A stretch of DNA of 64,000 nucleotides, from NCBI GenBank assembly GCA_030704615.1, contig CM060731.1, forward strand, positions 1,488,001 to 1,552,000, given 5' to 3'. The translations under genes were made by a program, and so were the position numbers. Positions within the stretch are counted from its first letter, which is position 1. Each line of letters begins with the position of its first letter. The notes beneath the pieces are model-generated. The model was given only the letters and a program-made list of their open reading frames with translations, was not told the origin of the DNA and did not search any database. Source of the stretch: Takakia lepidozioides (taxonomy: Eukaryota; Plantae; Bryophyta). Below are positions 35,691 to 47,900 of the stretch, piece by piece.

Positions 35691-37554
35691 CCCTGCAGGT
35701 ACCACTGCAAGGTTGGGATCTATCCTCCCATCCACATGTGGAAGGTGACATGGCGCACAATTGCGCACATGATCCTTCCATACTATGTCATCTCGACCTT
35801 ATGAAATCAACACTCCTGAAGACAACATCTCCCTGATCCTTAGAATCACACGTCCTGCTGTGACATCCAAGGTTGTAGGCGCTGTCTGCTGCAGATACAC
35901 ATAGTCCCCAAGGTTGAATCTCCAAACACCCGGTCGATATCCGCCTCCACGTATGGTGACATACCTCAATGTGTCTCGGTGTTGGACAATAGCAAGGTTC
36001 TCAAAAGCCATAGGCATGACTCTCTTGAACAATCTGCCCGTTGGGCACATGCTTGTGTCCACACATCTGGATCATCAAGGTTGAGGACTACTGCAGCCTC
36101 CCTGCGAATAGATGCAGGCAAATCTGGCTCTCGGCCGAAGAGAAGAAAGTAAGGTGAGAACGAGGCATGTGATGCTTGTTTGCTAAACTTGTAGTCCATG
36201 ACCAACCAATGTAGCTGAAGGTCCCAATCTCCTAAGTGTTCTTTCTACAAGCCATACTTGCGCAAGCCTTTTTTGACTGTCTGAACAACTCTCTCCGCCA
36301 GGCCACCAATGAGCAAGGTGGCGCCAAAGATATACATGAGGATTTAGTTGTGTTGGACTACCAAGATGATCCCGAGAAGTAGTGCAGTGGTCTATCAAGG
36401 CTTGCTCACACAAAGCCTGAAACTCCCCCAAGAACTCTCTCCCCTGGTCCGTGAGTACCTCGGCTGGAGCACCAAATTGGCTAAGCACTCGATCTAAGAA
36501 TGCACTTGCCTTATCAGGCAATGCCACCAGTTCAATCCATTTGGAAAAATGTTCCACCATCACCAGCATATACTTATTATGGCAAATCGTTAGTGGCAAT
36601 GGGTCTGCGAAGTCAAGGCTCCAACAATAGCCCAAACCCATAACAGATAAATGATGCAATTGTGGAGTATGGGCGTTAAAAGAAGCCCGCACTCTATCAC
36701 ACACCATGCATCTTGCCACTAACTGCTGCACATCCGTGTGCATGCCCCGCTACCAGTACTGCCCTTGCAGCAAACTATGAATGCGCTGCACCCCAAAATG
36801 TCCCAACTCATCATAAACATGGCGTACCAAACGCCCAAACTCCTCACTGATCTCTGGATCGTTATGCACACTATCTCCATGACCAATCCCATGGGGTGGA
36901 CCAGCTTGAGCTTCCAGTCTAGAATGCACAAAAAGGCAGATGCGTGCCATGCTGGCACCATCTCCTCGTCCGTCTCACCATGCCAACGAGTTCCTATATC
37001 ATCAAGCTCACTTGTGCATGAATTACGACTCAATCCATCCGCATCCCGGTTGACTATACCGGCTCGATGCACCACTTGAAAGTCGTACTCTTGAAGCATA
37101 AGTGCCCCACGTGCAAGCTTCCCTGTAAGCTTGCACGACTTAATCAACCACTTCAATGGTTGGTGATCCGTGACAAGGGTGAAGAGATTGTCATAGAGGT
37201 AGCATCTGAAATGTGTCACTGCCCATACTGCAGCTAAACACTCTCCTTCATATGAGCTATACTTCGCCTCAGCATCATGTTCAAGCGGCTAGCATATGCC
37301 ACTACGAACTCTCTTCCTTCGTCATCCACCTGTGTTAGCACTGCTCTAATCCCCAGCATACTCCAATCCGTATGTAGTTGGAAAGGCCGCCCCCGAATAA
37401 GCCGCCTCAGAATAGGTGCAGAAGTCAATGGAGCCTTGAGTTCCTCAAAGGCTTCCTCCTGCTCCTCCTCCCACTGCCACCCCTAACCACCTTGGTCAAC
37501 TTTGTAAGAGCCTTCGCAATGCTGCTAAATCCCTTGACAAACCGATGTTCCTTT

Positions 37555-38170
37555 GGTCCAAAATGCCCTCAACCGTGAGGTTGGGTGGCCGTTGAATGAA
37601 ATCATAGGCTCTCTTGAGCAACTCTGGTGGTGCAAGATTGGTCCACCACAACTTAGGCCTATGTGCCCGTGAACCCACTACAGCTGCATCCAATAATACA
37701 GCTGGTCCAATCCAAGACCGCATCTGAGCACACTAACCATAACCGTGGCCCTAGAATCCCCCATGAGAGGAACATTCTCCAGGATATAAGCTGGAGGTTG
37801 CACTTGCCTCACCTGCAAGTCACGCGACACTCGTACCATCTCCCAAAAAAAATGCGACCTTGCATCATGCAAGCTATTCCCATGACCTACGGGAGAGTGT
37901 CATTGGCAATGCCATCCAGCTATCACCAAGTCAATTGCACCATGCCGGCCCAAATCATCAGCCCCCAGCAAGGTAATGTCTGCTGGCAAGGCCTTTTGGT
38001 ACCCTTGAATTGCTGATGGTGTGTGAGCAAGGCAACGTGGCGCATAAAAATATGCCGAGCTATCTCATCCTTCTCCACATACAAGTATTTTCGTATTTTA
38101 ATCCTAGCTTGCAACACTCCTGCAAGCCCAGTGTTCATGCCTCCAAACAGGTCTAGCAAACAAATCCCTG
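37555..38170 (-). pseudogene. DNA cytosine-5 methyltransferase domain (DNMT3-like) inside the Gypsy pol
   Basis: Motif I LLDLFGG (~38139-38159) with YLYVEKD; motif IV IDLVIAGWHCQ (degenerate PCQ, ~37903-37935); motif VI YILENV (~37770-37790); motif VIII DAAVVGSRAHRPKLWWTN (~37637-37690). Order is canonical, with frameshifts. Confidence 0.85.
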
Positions 38171-38539
38171 AATCAGGTGATTGCCAGGTAATGGATATTG
38201 TGTCCAAAGGAGCTAACTGAGGAGGTCCAGGTGATGTCACTGAACTCCCCTCACTCATCAATGGAAAGGCCTCTTGCCATGCTTGGTGCACACATTCGCC
38301 TGCTACTCGCTGCAAATTCCCAACCGTACCCCATGGTGGAATATGCACAGGCACATGAGGAAGCAACTCAGCCTTGTATGCCAGTTGTTTGTCCTCATCA
38401 GATGGTGGCCTATAAGCATTTGAATGGAATTATGACAATATGTTTTGCTGTACTTTCTGAACTCTTAAATGTTACTTGTGTGCCAATGTTGTGTTAGTGG
38501 TTGATATCAGTGTATTATATGTACACGTATTGCTATACA

Positions 38540-39302
38540 TTGCTATGACTGGATGAATATGACCGGGCTCGTGAGATCCCCAATTAATATGCACTATGTG
38601 GCCGTCAGCAATATGTGTCATAGTCAGAGGCATGACTACAATGAGTAATATCTCGTATTTAATTTTAAATAAATGTCAAATTCTCGCTACGACGCGTCGC
38701 CATCCATAGTCACAGTACAGTCATATCCATGTCTGTCGATCCTAGCAACCTAGTTCATACGTGGCGACACACCCTGATACCACATGTCATTCCCACATAC
38801 ATCCACTTTTATTCACTTGTTCATCCTTCCATAGTCATATGTGATAATCATATAAGCTGAAGCCCGCATGTGTTGACACGTGCACCAATGTGTGCAATTC
38901 ACACGTCAGCACCACGGTGAATTATATGACGTCATAATCAATCATCCGTGATAGTCATAACCATGTCAAATGCTTTGTCCTCCAGTGATGCCACGTACGT
39001 TCATGTCTGTCCGACACATGCTGAATTTTCCCACGTCCACAAATATGTTGAGGTGGATGGATGAAGTATTATATGAAGTCACAGCCATGATACCTATATA
39101 TGACTCCATTATGGCTACGTAAGTGCCACGCAAGCAGCCACACTCATTGACTGCATATATGATATAATGACATATATGACAGAATATGTCAAGGCGAGAT
39201 GACATGGCTTTTGTGATAACATAGTCATATAGTCATAAATGTCACTTATGATTGCAAATGCAATCATAAATTGAGTCATAAAAATTGATTTTTCTTCTAG
39301 TG
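38540..39302 (+). mobile_element. CACTA-like right terminus with agtcat/atgact subterminal motifs
   Basis: Ends ...gatttttcttctagtg at 39302 (reverse complement CACTAGAAGAAAAATC); many atagtca/tatgac copies upstream. Confidence 0.65.
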
Positions 39303-40489
39303 TACACTAAGAGCAGCCTTCCATGTACCCAGCCCACCGTTTAAAGGAGAAAACGAACAAAAATGGCCGGGTACACTTCTTACTTCCATGCATGGGGCGG
39401 CGGGGTCCGGTCACCGAGTTCCCGTGTCTGTAGCGCAATCCGATAAAATGGGAAAAGAGCTCGGCGGACAACCCCGCGAATTGAATGCAGTCTCCACTTA
39501 CCTGCCAATCGTGCTAAAGTCACGCTTACCTGCAGTACCATCTATCACGTTATGCTAAAGTCCAAATGTCCGCCATAAAATGTTTGAAACCATGCAAAGG
39601 TGAAAAATACTATCTTAGCTGGTACGATCTCTTCCAATGCGAAGCGAGAACTAGATCCACACTCTACCCCCTGAACCTCTCCAACTTCACTAATTTGTCA
39701 CTCCACACAGTAGTGTTCCCCAACACATCTCCCAGCTCTGTATGTGGAGGTCTCACAGGGGTCTCACCGATTTGTTGTGGTAAGGTATAGCGCTTTCGGA
39801 ATGAAAACTTCTTTGATGAAGATACCGACATACCCTTCTGGCACAACACCTATCATGTTCCCATGTAGAGCAACGATGAAGCTGACACCTGCCTTTGACT
39901 TCGACACAGCCTCTATAAGGCGTAGAGAATTGCCCACCTTCAGCTGCCATCCATCCGAAACAAAACGAGTTTCAGAATAGAGGAACTATACGGTGAAACA
40001 TGAAAAATGAAACTAAAACGTTGTGCCGCCCATGGACTATCATAATTTGCATGTACAAAGATAGGACTGGAGTGCAGAATGGACCTTACCCCATTTTGGA
40101 CTTGGAGACTCATGTTTGTCATTGCAGACAGTGGCTCATCCATCAATGCTGTGTAATACTAACATGTGGACGACAACAACATGACTAACATAAAGTGCGA
40201 AAGAAACACATGACTCCACAGTCACAGTAGACGCCAAACAAAGCATGACAGCATAGGTACAACGCCCAATACACTGGTGCACAACATAGCATGTGCCTCG
40301 GGCGAGGAATTCAGCAAAGTTTACCATGACTGAAACGTCAAAAGGGACTCTTACTAAAAATGAAGGTGGATGTTTGTTTAGTTAGAAAGAAATGGTGGTA
40401 CATGAATGAACAACAAAATGAGCAACAATGTAATGTGATTCAGAGATTGGAAATTGGTGAAAGAGTTAGAAGTTTATATTAATACTTCT

Positions 40490-40735
40490 GTATATACAAT
40501 ATTCATTGTTTGGTACATTTTGATCCGGGAGAAGGACTTTCAACAAATTTGCTGATGTGGTCCCAGAGAGTGCCACATACAATTGACCACATACAGGTGT
40601 TTGAAAATGTAGACTTACATGTTTTATGGACTGTCCCTTGTTGATTGTCATAGCAAGAGCCACCTTCAGAGGAAATTGTCTTCGAGTGAATTTAAAAGGT
40701 ATCTCTGCTGTAGTAGGTTGTAATGTGATTATGGG
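40490..40735 (-). mobile_element. Helitron PIF1-helicase C-terminal fragment
   Basis: PFKFTRRQFPLKVALAMTINKGQS...GQLYVALSGTTS..LKVLL. Confidence 0.85.
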
Positions 40736-41426
40736 GTTCCTAGTTCGTTTCAACTGTCATCCCCTGGTCTTCATCCTTCTAGAAAATCCTATGAATGAGA
40801 TCACTTTGGATTCCTTCCGGTTTGCAATCATTGAGACCTCATCCAATCAAACAGTGTTCATCCTCTCATCCCTCATTCCTTGGAACTCCATCCACTCTAA
40901 GTAATAAAGCCGGACTTTGAAGAAGTGGTCCTGAAGCAGCCTGTCTTTCCTGTCTTTCAAGCCAGTGGCAACAATTCAGCATCTAGAAATCTAGATTTTA
41001 GAACGCTAGCAAAGAATCATGACCACAATCCCCTCTTTAGATGAGAAGTAAGACTCCTTGTTGTCACTTAGGATATCCGGTCTTGGACATATGTTGCAGC
41101 TGAACCATCTGACCTTAAATTTATCTCGTCGGGAGCTTAAAAGAGAGCAGCACAGAAGAGAGGGAAGATACTTTTTGTCATGTCAAGACAAAGTCAACTT
41201 CTAACCACTCTTTATGACAGTCACCTCATTTGGCTCTTTTATAAAGCTTTACAAAGATTTATACTTGTGTCATTGTAGCAACAATAGCAACAATCCTTTT
41301 GAAAGGAGATATGAAATGTATAAACTGAATTGCTGAGCACTGACAGGATTTTAAGCCTATTTTACACGTGAACCTTTGAAACCTTGATGGAACAGAAGTA
41401 TCCAAAGAGTACAAGAGAAGAAGCAG

Positions 41427-43956
41427 TCACTCATTGAATCTTCTCCATAAACGAAAATTTGGGCCATCACTGATCGCCAACCCAATGGCTTGCTTAGAGC
41501 TCTCCTCACCATCTAATTTACCAACCCCTAAATAGTACATGCGGAAGCTCCCATCATCCATGGCCAACACATATGGTGTTCCCACAATTACATTATCCCA
41601 GACATTTTCACCACTGCGTGCTTGCAAGTTAGGGCCTCCTGGCTCTGGCCCCACCTCCGTATCTTTCTTCCACACTAGTCCATCATCTGAAGTTGCCAAG
41701 CCAATTGCAAATTTGAACATAAAATTTGAGCCCTCATAGAACATCACATACCGATCCCCAATCCTAAGAACGTGGCGAACAGACACCCCCCCTTCGTCCC
41801 AGGATCCTGGATGGCCAACCGACAAAACCCGACCTTGCTTTGTCCAGTTTCTTCCGTCCACGGACGTTGCAACACCTGCTGAAAAAAATCCAAATCCTCT
41901 TGGACCTCCAGTTTCTCTGGTGTGGTATGTCATTAACCATCTCCCATCTTGACTGCCTACAACAAACATGAAATTATCAACTTTACGCTCCCTGAAATTC
42001 TTGCACCGTCTTAAGCATATAACAAATTGCTATCCATATACATCAAATGTTGTGGAACCCTTTCCCTGCCAGCACTAGACAGCCCCCATCTTTCACAATC
42101 CTAAAAGTGGTGGGTGCAAAGAGAAAGAAATGGTTACTGATTAGATTTTGGTTTAGTGGCATTTTGCAAATCAATAGCCTCACTGACTGTCCCCTGTGAA
42201 TCGAGCCATGGAATTAACCCAAGCATGATGCCTTCTTGGAGCCAGTGGGGGATCTTTGCCCCCCGAGGAATGAACATCAGCCTGAAAAATTCGCACACTG
42301 CTACACATCTGTTTGATGGCGGTGAAGGACTGGAATTCACATCAGAATGATGAAGGATATTGCTGATTCTAGAACTTCTGATGTAGCTGTCTACTGTTGA
42401 ACACACACGAACAGAGAAAGAAGAAATCACTTATTGCATCGACAAGCCTGTGGGACAAAGTAGAACAACAACAAAATACCAATACAGATTATCAAACCCC
42501 AAGTGTACATAGAGACGAACTAAAGGCTGCAGCCTCTTTACTGTTAACTGAATTAAAGAGGGTACCTTCAGGAGGTAAAACTCTTGGCCATGCAACTCCA
42601 TTTTGGTCCCACGCACCCTCTTCTCCAAGCTCTAAGATGGGGCCCTCTCGCTCTTCGAAAGACAGACCATCACTGGAAATGGCTAAACCTGGCCGAAGCC
42701 TCACACCCCTGCCAAATGAAAACTATATTTAGGACAAAAAAAGAACCGATAGTACCTTTCATTGGCAATGTACTGACCTCAGCACAAATGTTCAAGGGCC
42801 TATGCACAAGATCACATGATATTGCAGAAGAAAATTCCGAATGACTGAGTGTAAGTGCACTTGAATTCAGACATCAAAGTTTCATTTTTAAGTGTACCTA
42901 TATTTTTTCTCATTGAGCCCCGGCAGAGGCACCTCCTCCATGCTGCCCCCAAAGTAGTACATCCACCAGGTGCTATTGCTTCGTAGGTAGAGCAGGTCAC
43001 TGACTGCCAGATGCACAGCATCGAAAGCTGCAGGGTCGATTGATGGATCCATCAGTGCCCCACCACTGAGGTGACCCCGGTAACGTTCGAAATCGGTCCC
43101 ATCCCTGCTGACTGCCAAGCCTGTCCGCCCTGTGGGCAAAGAAGCATTGAAGGGCTCTACCCCTTTAGCCCAAAGATTGGTAGCACGTCCATAGTAATAC
43201 ATTCGATATTTGCAGTCCTCAATTCCATTAGTGTTGATTGTCTCTCTTTCTCGCAGGACAACTGCTCCTGAGAGAAGCAGTTTGTCCCACCAATCTGAAT
43301 CTGGGGGTGCAGGTGCTAGCACTCGCCCAGAGTATCGCCTGCAGACTTTTACCTTGCGAAGTCAGTCGAGCTCATATGACACGAGAACTGAAGTATGTGA
43401 TGCTACAAAACACCATGTTGAGTCCCAGTTTAGCCACAAACATGAACTTACGAAAACCAGAATTGAGGATCCACCTGTCTACTTGTGCCGAATTTCCTCC
43501 CTCCTCCGTTTCAACGCTCTTCCCTTGCATACTGAACACTATCGCAGAAAAAGAGAAGTGGGCGACTCCGACATCTGTCACGGGGATCTGCTGCCGAGTC
43601 AATATATCAGATCCACCAACGCACAGCCGGCCAAGCTGGACGGGCTTGAGTTTATTCGTGCAACCTCGGAGGGAAAATGAAGAAATGATTTTAGTGGTGG
43701 GATAATGACATCTAATGCAGGAGTTGCTATGGGTGCTTGAGTAGATAGCACTCGCGCTACAGAGAGGCACAGAGTAATTACAACGTCTGCTGTAGTTCGA
43801 CGGTTGGGAATTTGAGAGAAATAAGCAGGAAGGAAAGAAAGGAAAGGGTGTGCTGCAGAAACCTTGTCCCAATGAGCCCATGAAGCTATGCAGAGATGGA
43901 AGAGACACACTCGGCCATGGCCAAAGCACTGTGGGGACCGCACAGAAAAATTGCAT
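41427..43956 (-). CDS. Five-bladed beta-propeller glycoside-hydrolase-like protein (arabinanase/levansucrase/invertase superfamily)
   Basis: Exons ~43340-42897, ~42708-42566 and ~41958-41427, plus an upstream exon ending near 43476. Repeated blades YRMYYYG..TGLAVSRDG, WWMYYFG..PGLAISSDG, GVATSVDG, YVMFYEG..IGLATSDDG, FRMYYLG..IGLAISDG, with WD/FD motifs. Start codon uncertain. Confidence 0.78.
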
Positions 43957-44989
43957 GACTGTGGACGAACAGACAGATAGACGACGAACTGTTATCCTTC
44001 GTTCCAAGCGGAAGGACGAGCGGATTCCTCACTGTAATTTCGTGTACAAGTCAACGAAATGACTTCTGCGGGCAAATATGATGGAGAACAACTGCAGCAA
44101 CTTCAAATCTAGGGATTTTTTCCACCTTATGTTGTAATGCATTCAAAAGGTTTGTAAAGTGAGGTGGCGCTCCGCAGTTTGCGGTGAGTGTATCCTGGGA
44201 CTTAGCCGCTTCCTCCAACCTCTCCCTCAGCTGGAATGGGTCTGTCGATGCAGAAGGCCATCCTGGCCCCCCCCCCCAATCTCTCTTGCATGGCAAGTTC
44301 CCCAACCAGGCGGTAACATGAGCAAGTTCTGCTACGTTACCCCAACTCCCCCCGTGCTCTCTCCCAAAGCAATGACTGAAAATGAAAACCTAAAGCATCT
44401 GCTGAGATTTCATCTTCCCTGTGTTCTTCTTCATGTGCCTCTCTTCCCAAGTCTTACTTCATTCATAAGATCCAACAGAGTTCTTCCCACCCCCCCGGCT
44501 TCCCATGTTGGTTTAATGAGCCGCCACGCTCACACACCCGTACTCTGCCATTGTTTTAGGCACTTAAGCTCTTGTCGCTATTCGGTGGCTCCCCGAGGCT
44601 TGCAGTGGTCTGCTCGATGCAGCGGCTCTTAATGAGCCTGAAAGAGTGCAGTATGGAGACGTTGCCAAGCCGCCATGCATTCTCTACAGGAAAGGAAGTC
44701 TTCTCTTTTTCTATTAACCCCTTCATATCTGCTGCATAGACCAAGGATTGAGGAGAGCTCATGTTTTTTCTCTAAATGCTGATGTTGATGCAACTCTACA
44801 TGCATTCAGAAGAATCAGATATCTATCATCTCTAACAGCTTGTCGCATTTGCGGTCTTCGCTCCACATCGTTCACTTGCATAATCCACGTCTATCCCTCC
44901 CCTCCACTCGCTACCTTAGTCCTCTCCTCCTCCCGCTCTATCCCCTTTCCCAACCTTGCTTCTCGCACCTGTAGTCTACCTGAAACACC

Positions 44990-47900
44990 TGCTAATCGCA
45001 GTTCTGTTTGCGGCTGTCCCATGGATTCTAGAGGTCGAGGTTCCAGAAAGGCGAGACGTGGAGGAGTGTCCGGCGGATTTTCTCCGGCAGGGAAAGCCAA
45101 AAATCAGATGTGGACCAGGAAATCCTCCATGCTGCAAGTCGAAGCAGCCTCCATTCTAGGAAAAGGCCCCTCAGCCTCTGCCCCCCCCCCCCCCGCCTCG
45201 CCATTGATGACTGAGAACGCATGGGAGGACACAACAGTGCAAGAAGACAAGGAGCAACCTGTCATAAATTTGAACAAAGCTAAGCTGCAGGCTCAAGTGC
45301 AAAAGCTAACAAAGACAGGCATCTCTTTGTACTTCCCTGGAAAGCCGCGGACGAGGAAAGCAATTCGTACTTGGATTATCGAGCATCTAGGAACTGCTGG
45401 TGGATTGGCACAACACTTTAGCCTTTCAATGGGGACAGGCTTCTACGCTATCATCTTCAGCTCGCCAGCAGATGCAGAAAAGGCTCTGCGCTTCAACACA
45501 CTGACATCTGCCTCCAAAGTCCACATCTTTCCTTGGACCCAAGACTGGGGTCACAAGAAAGGCATCGTGTGGAAGCCGAGGGTCATTGCCATCCCTTTCC
45601 TACCTCCAACGTATCTGACTTCTCTCCCAGAGATAGGTGCCAGCTTTGGCTCATTCATAGGGGCAATAACTGTTCTGGAGCCAGCTCAAAATTCTCAGTG
45701 TAGATACCGAGGTCACACATTCTCAGGTTACTGAGGACATTGGCATCCCCAAGATCATTGTGCTCATGCCTGAAAACGCTGCCATTGGCACCTCTATCAA
45801 ACTCCCCACCCTAGATGACTCCTACATTGTAGTGATAGTGAAAGAGGAGATTCTCTCGGTGATTTGTTACCACTGCAATGCCGCATATCAAGGCAGACTG
45901 CCCAATCATTAATATGGTGGAGGAAAACAGAGACAGGCTTGGGAGATTGGTGCATGGTCTCTCCAGGACAGAAAAAAAACACTTGGGATGCCTTGTGCTT
46001 GTTAGTGGGGCTGCTCGACGATTCGTCTCCGAGCCAGGGTGAATTGAAATTCACTTGGTCAAACAACAGGGACCCCCCCCCCCCCCCCACTTGTGCCAGG
46101 CTCGGTTGGACAGATTTTATTGCTCCTACACTCTGAAGTCTTGGTCAACCAGTGTCCCACTGCAGCCTATCCTCCCGGAGTTTGACCATGCCATGGTGCA
46201 TTTGATGCTCAACACCCCGGGGTCTAAGGTGAGAGGCAGGGGTTTTCTCAAGCTAAACCCCATCATGCTGCAGGACCCCCTCGTCATTCAGACCCTTCAG
46301 AATGCCTGGGAATCGGCAACCATCCAACTAGCCTCACCCACTTCCAGTTTCTTGGCGAAGATGGAATTGTTAAGAGACCTTTGTAAAGTCATAGCAAGGG
46401 AGAAGGCAGATGACTAAGGCTCTGACTAAGTGCTTGGAAGTCTGCCAGTTTAAGTTGGAGTCGGGTCTGGAGGGAGCGCACACCATAACTGCATACAAGG
46501 ATGCCAAGAGAAACCTCTCCACGCTGTTACTTGCCAAGGAGCAATTCTCCGGAGTCAAGGCTGGAGTCAATTGGAGCCTTAAGGGGGAAAAGATGAATAG
46601 ATATTTCTTTGTTAAGGCTACGCAGCGGCGATCTACCACAATGGTCCCAGCTTTGCGAGATGCAGATGGACTTTTGGTGGATAAGCCAAAAATCATGGCA
46701 GAAGTGGCAGCCTCATATTTTCAAGCTCTGTTTCAAAGGCAAGATGCTTCGCAGCAGAAACAAGAAGCAACTGCAGCCCTGCTGAACCACATCCCCTGCT
46801 TTGATCTCTCAACTGGACAAATCAAACCTGGCGGCCCCCCTGTCAGTGTATGAATTGGGGCAGGCGGTCAACACTTTGGCTTCGCAAAAATCGCCAGGAC
46901 TGGATGGTCTCCCAATGGAACTTTTAAAAGCGCTATGGCATACAATTGGGGAGGACTTCCTCCTTATGGCTAATGATATTATGGTAAAACAGATAATGCC
47001 CTCGCAGATGGCGGAAGGTCTCATTACTCTAGTCTTTAAAGAAAGGAGATAGAGTTGATTTGGCCAACTACCGGCCAATCACTTTGCTAAACTCAACTTA
47101 CAAGATTATCGCAAAGACCCTGGCCTTGAGGTTGCAGCCCCTCCTGCCGAAAATTATTAGGAAGGAGCCAACTGGCTTTCTCAAAGATCGGATGATCTTA
47201 GACAACATCTTGCTGGCCCACGAGGCCCTACACAGAGCAGAAATTAACAGCCGCTGGCCTTCTTAATGCTTGATTTTTGAAAAGGCCTTGACTCCATTGA
47301 TTGGACTTTTCTGGAAGGGGCTATGGAGAAATCAGGGCTGGGGGGGTCTTTCCTGATATGGGACCACATCCTCTTGCATGCAGCATCCAACAAGGTCATG
47401 GTTAATGGGGTTATATCAAAGCCCTTTCGCATTTCCAGATCGGTGCGGTAGGGTTGCCCCCTGGCACCCTTCCTCTTCCTCATAGCGGCGGACTCGCTGG
47501 GTCACATGTTGCACTACAGGCAAGACATCATTGGCCTTCACTTGCCCACACTGACCCCGGAGATGCTGAAACTCTCGATGTATGCAGATGACACTACTCT
47601 ATTGCTGGACAACTCCACAAAGGCCAACGTTGACAAGGCACTAATTCTCCACACCTTCTGCTTGGCTACAGGGCTCAAGGTCAATTGGAAAAAATCAATG
47701 GGCATTTTGTCCAAGCTGCATAATGAAGCAACGACAACCCACTGTCAGTCATGGGGGGCAGATATAGGACTTGGGTGGCTGCAAGAGGGCTGAACGCACA
47801 AGTTGCTGGGGCATCAAATAGGTCTGAACATGTCAAATCATGACCGCTTCAAAGATGTGCTTGCTAGGCTAAGAAAAAACCTGGCGTTCTAGAGTGCTAC

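Larger units (their letters stand above)
35578..38370 (-). mobile_element. Decayed Ty3/Gypsy pol with order C5-methyltransferase - (RT core missing) - RNase H - integrase - PHD finger
   Basis: RFVKGFSSIAKALTKLT / FQLHTDWS..GIRAVLTQ..VVAYASR / LVTDHQPLKWL / DADGLSR (RT end and RNase H); GHFGV..CMVC, WSLDFA, LTDQGREF (integrase). No LTRs retained. Confidence 0.88.
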
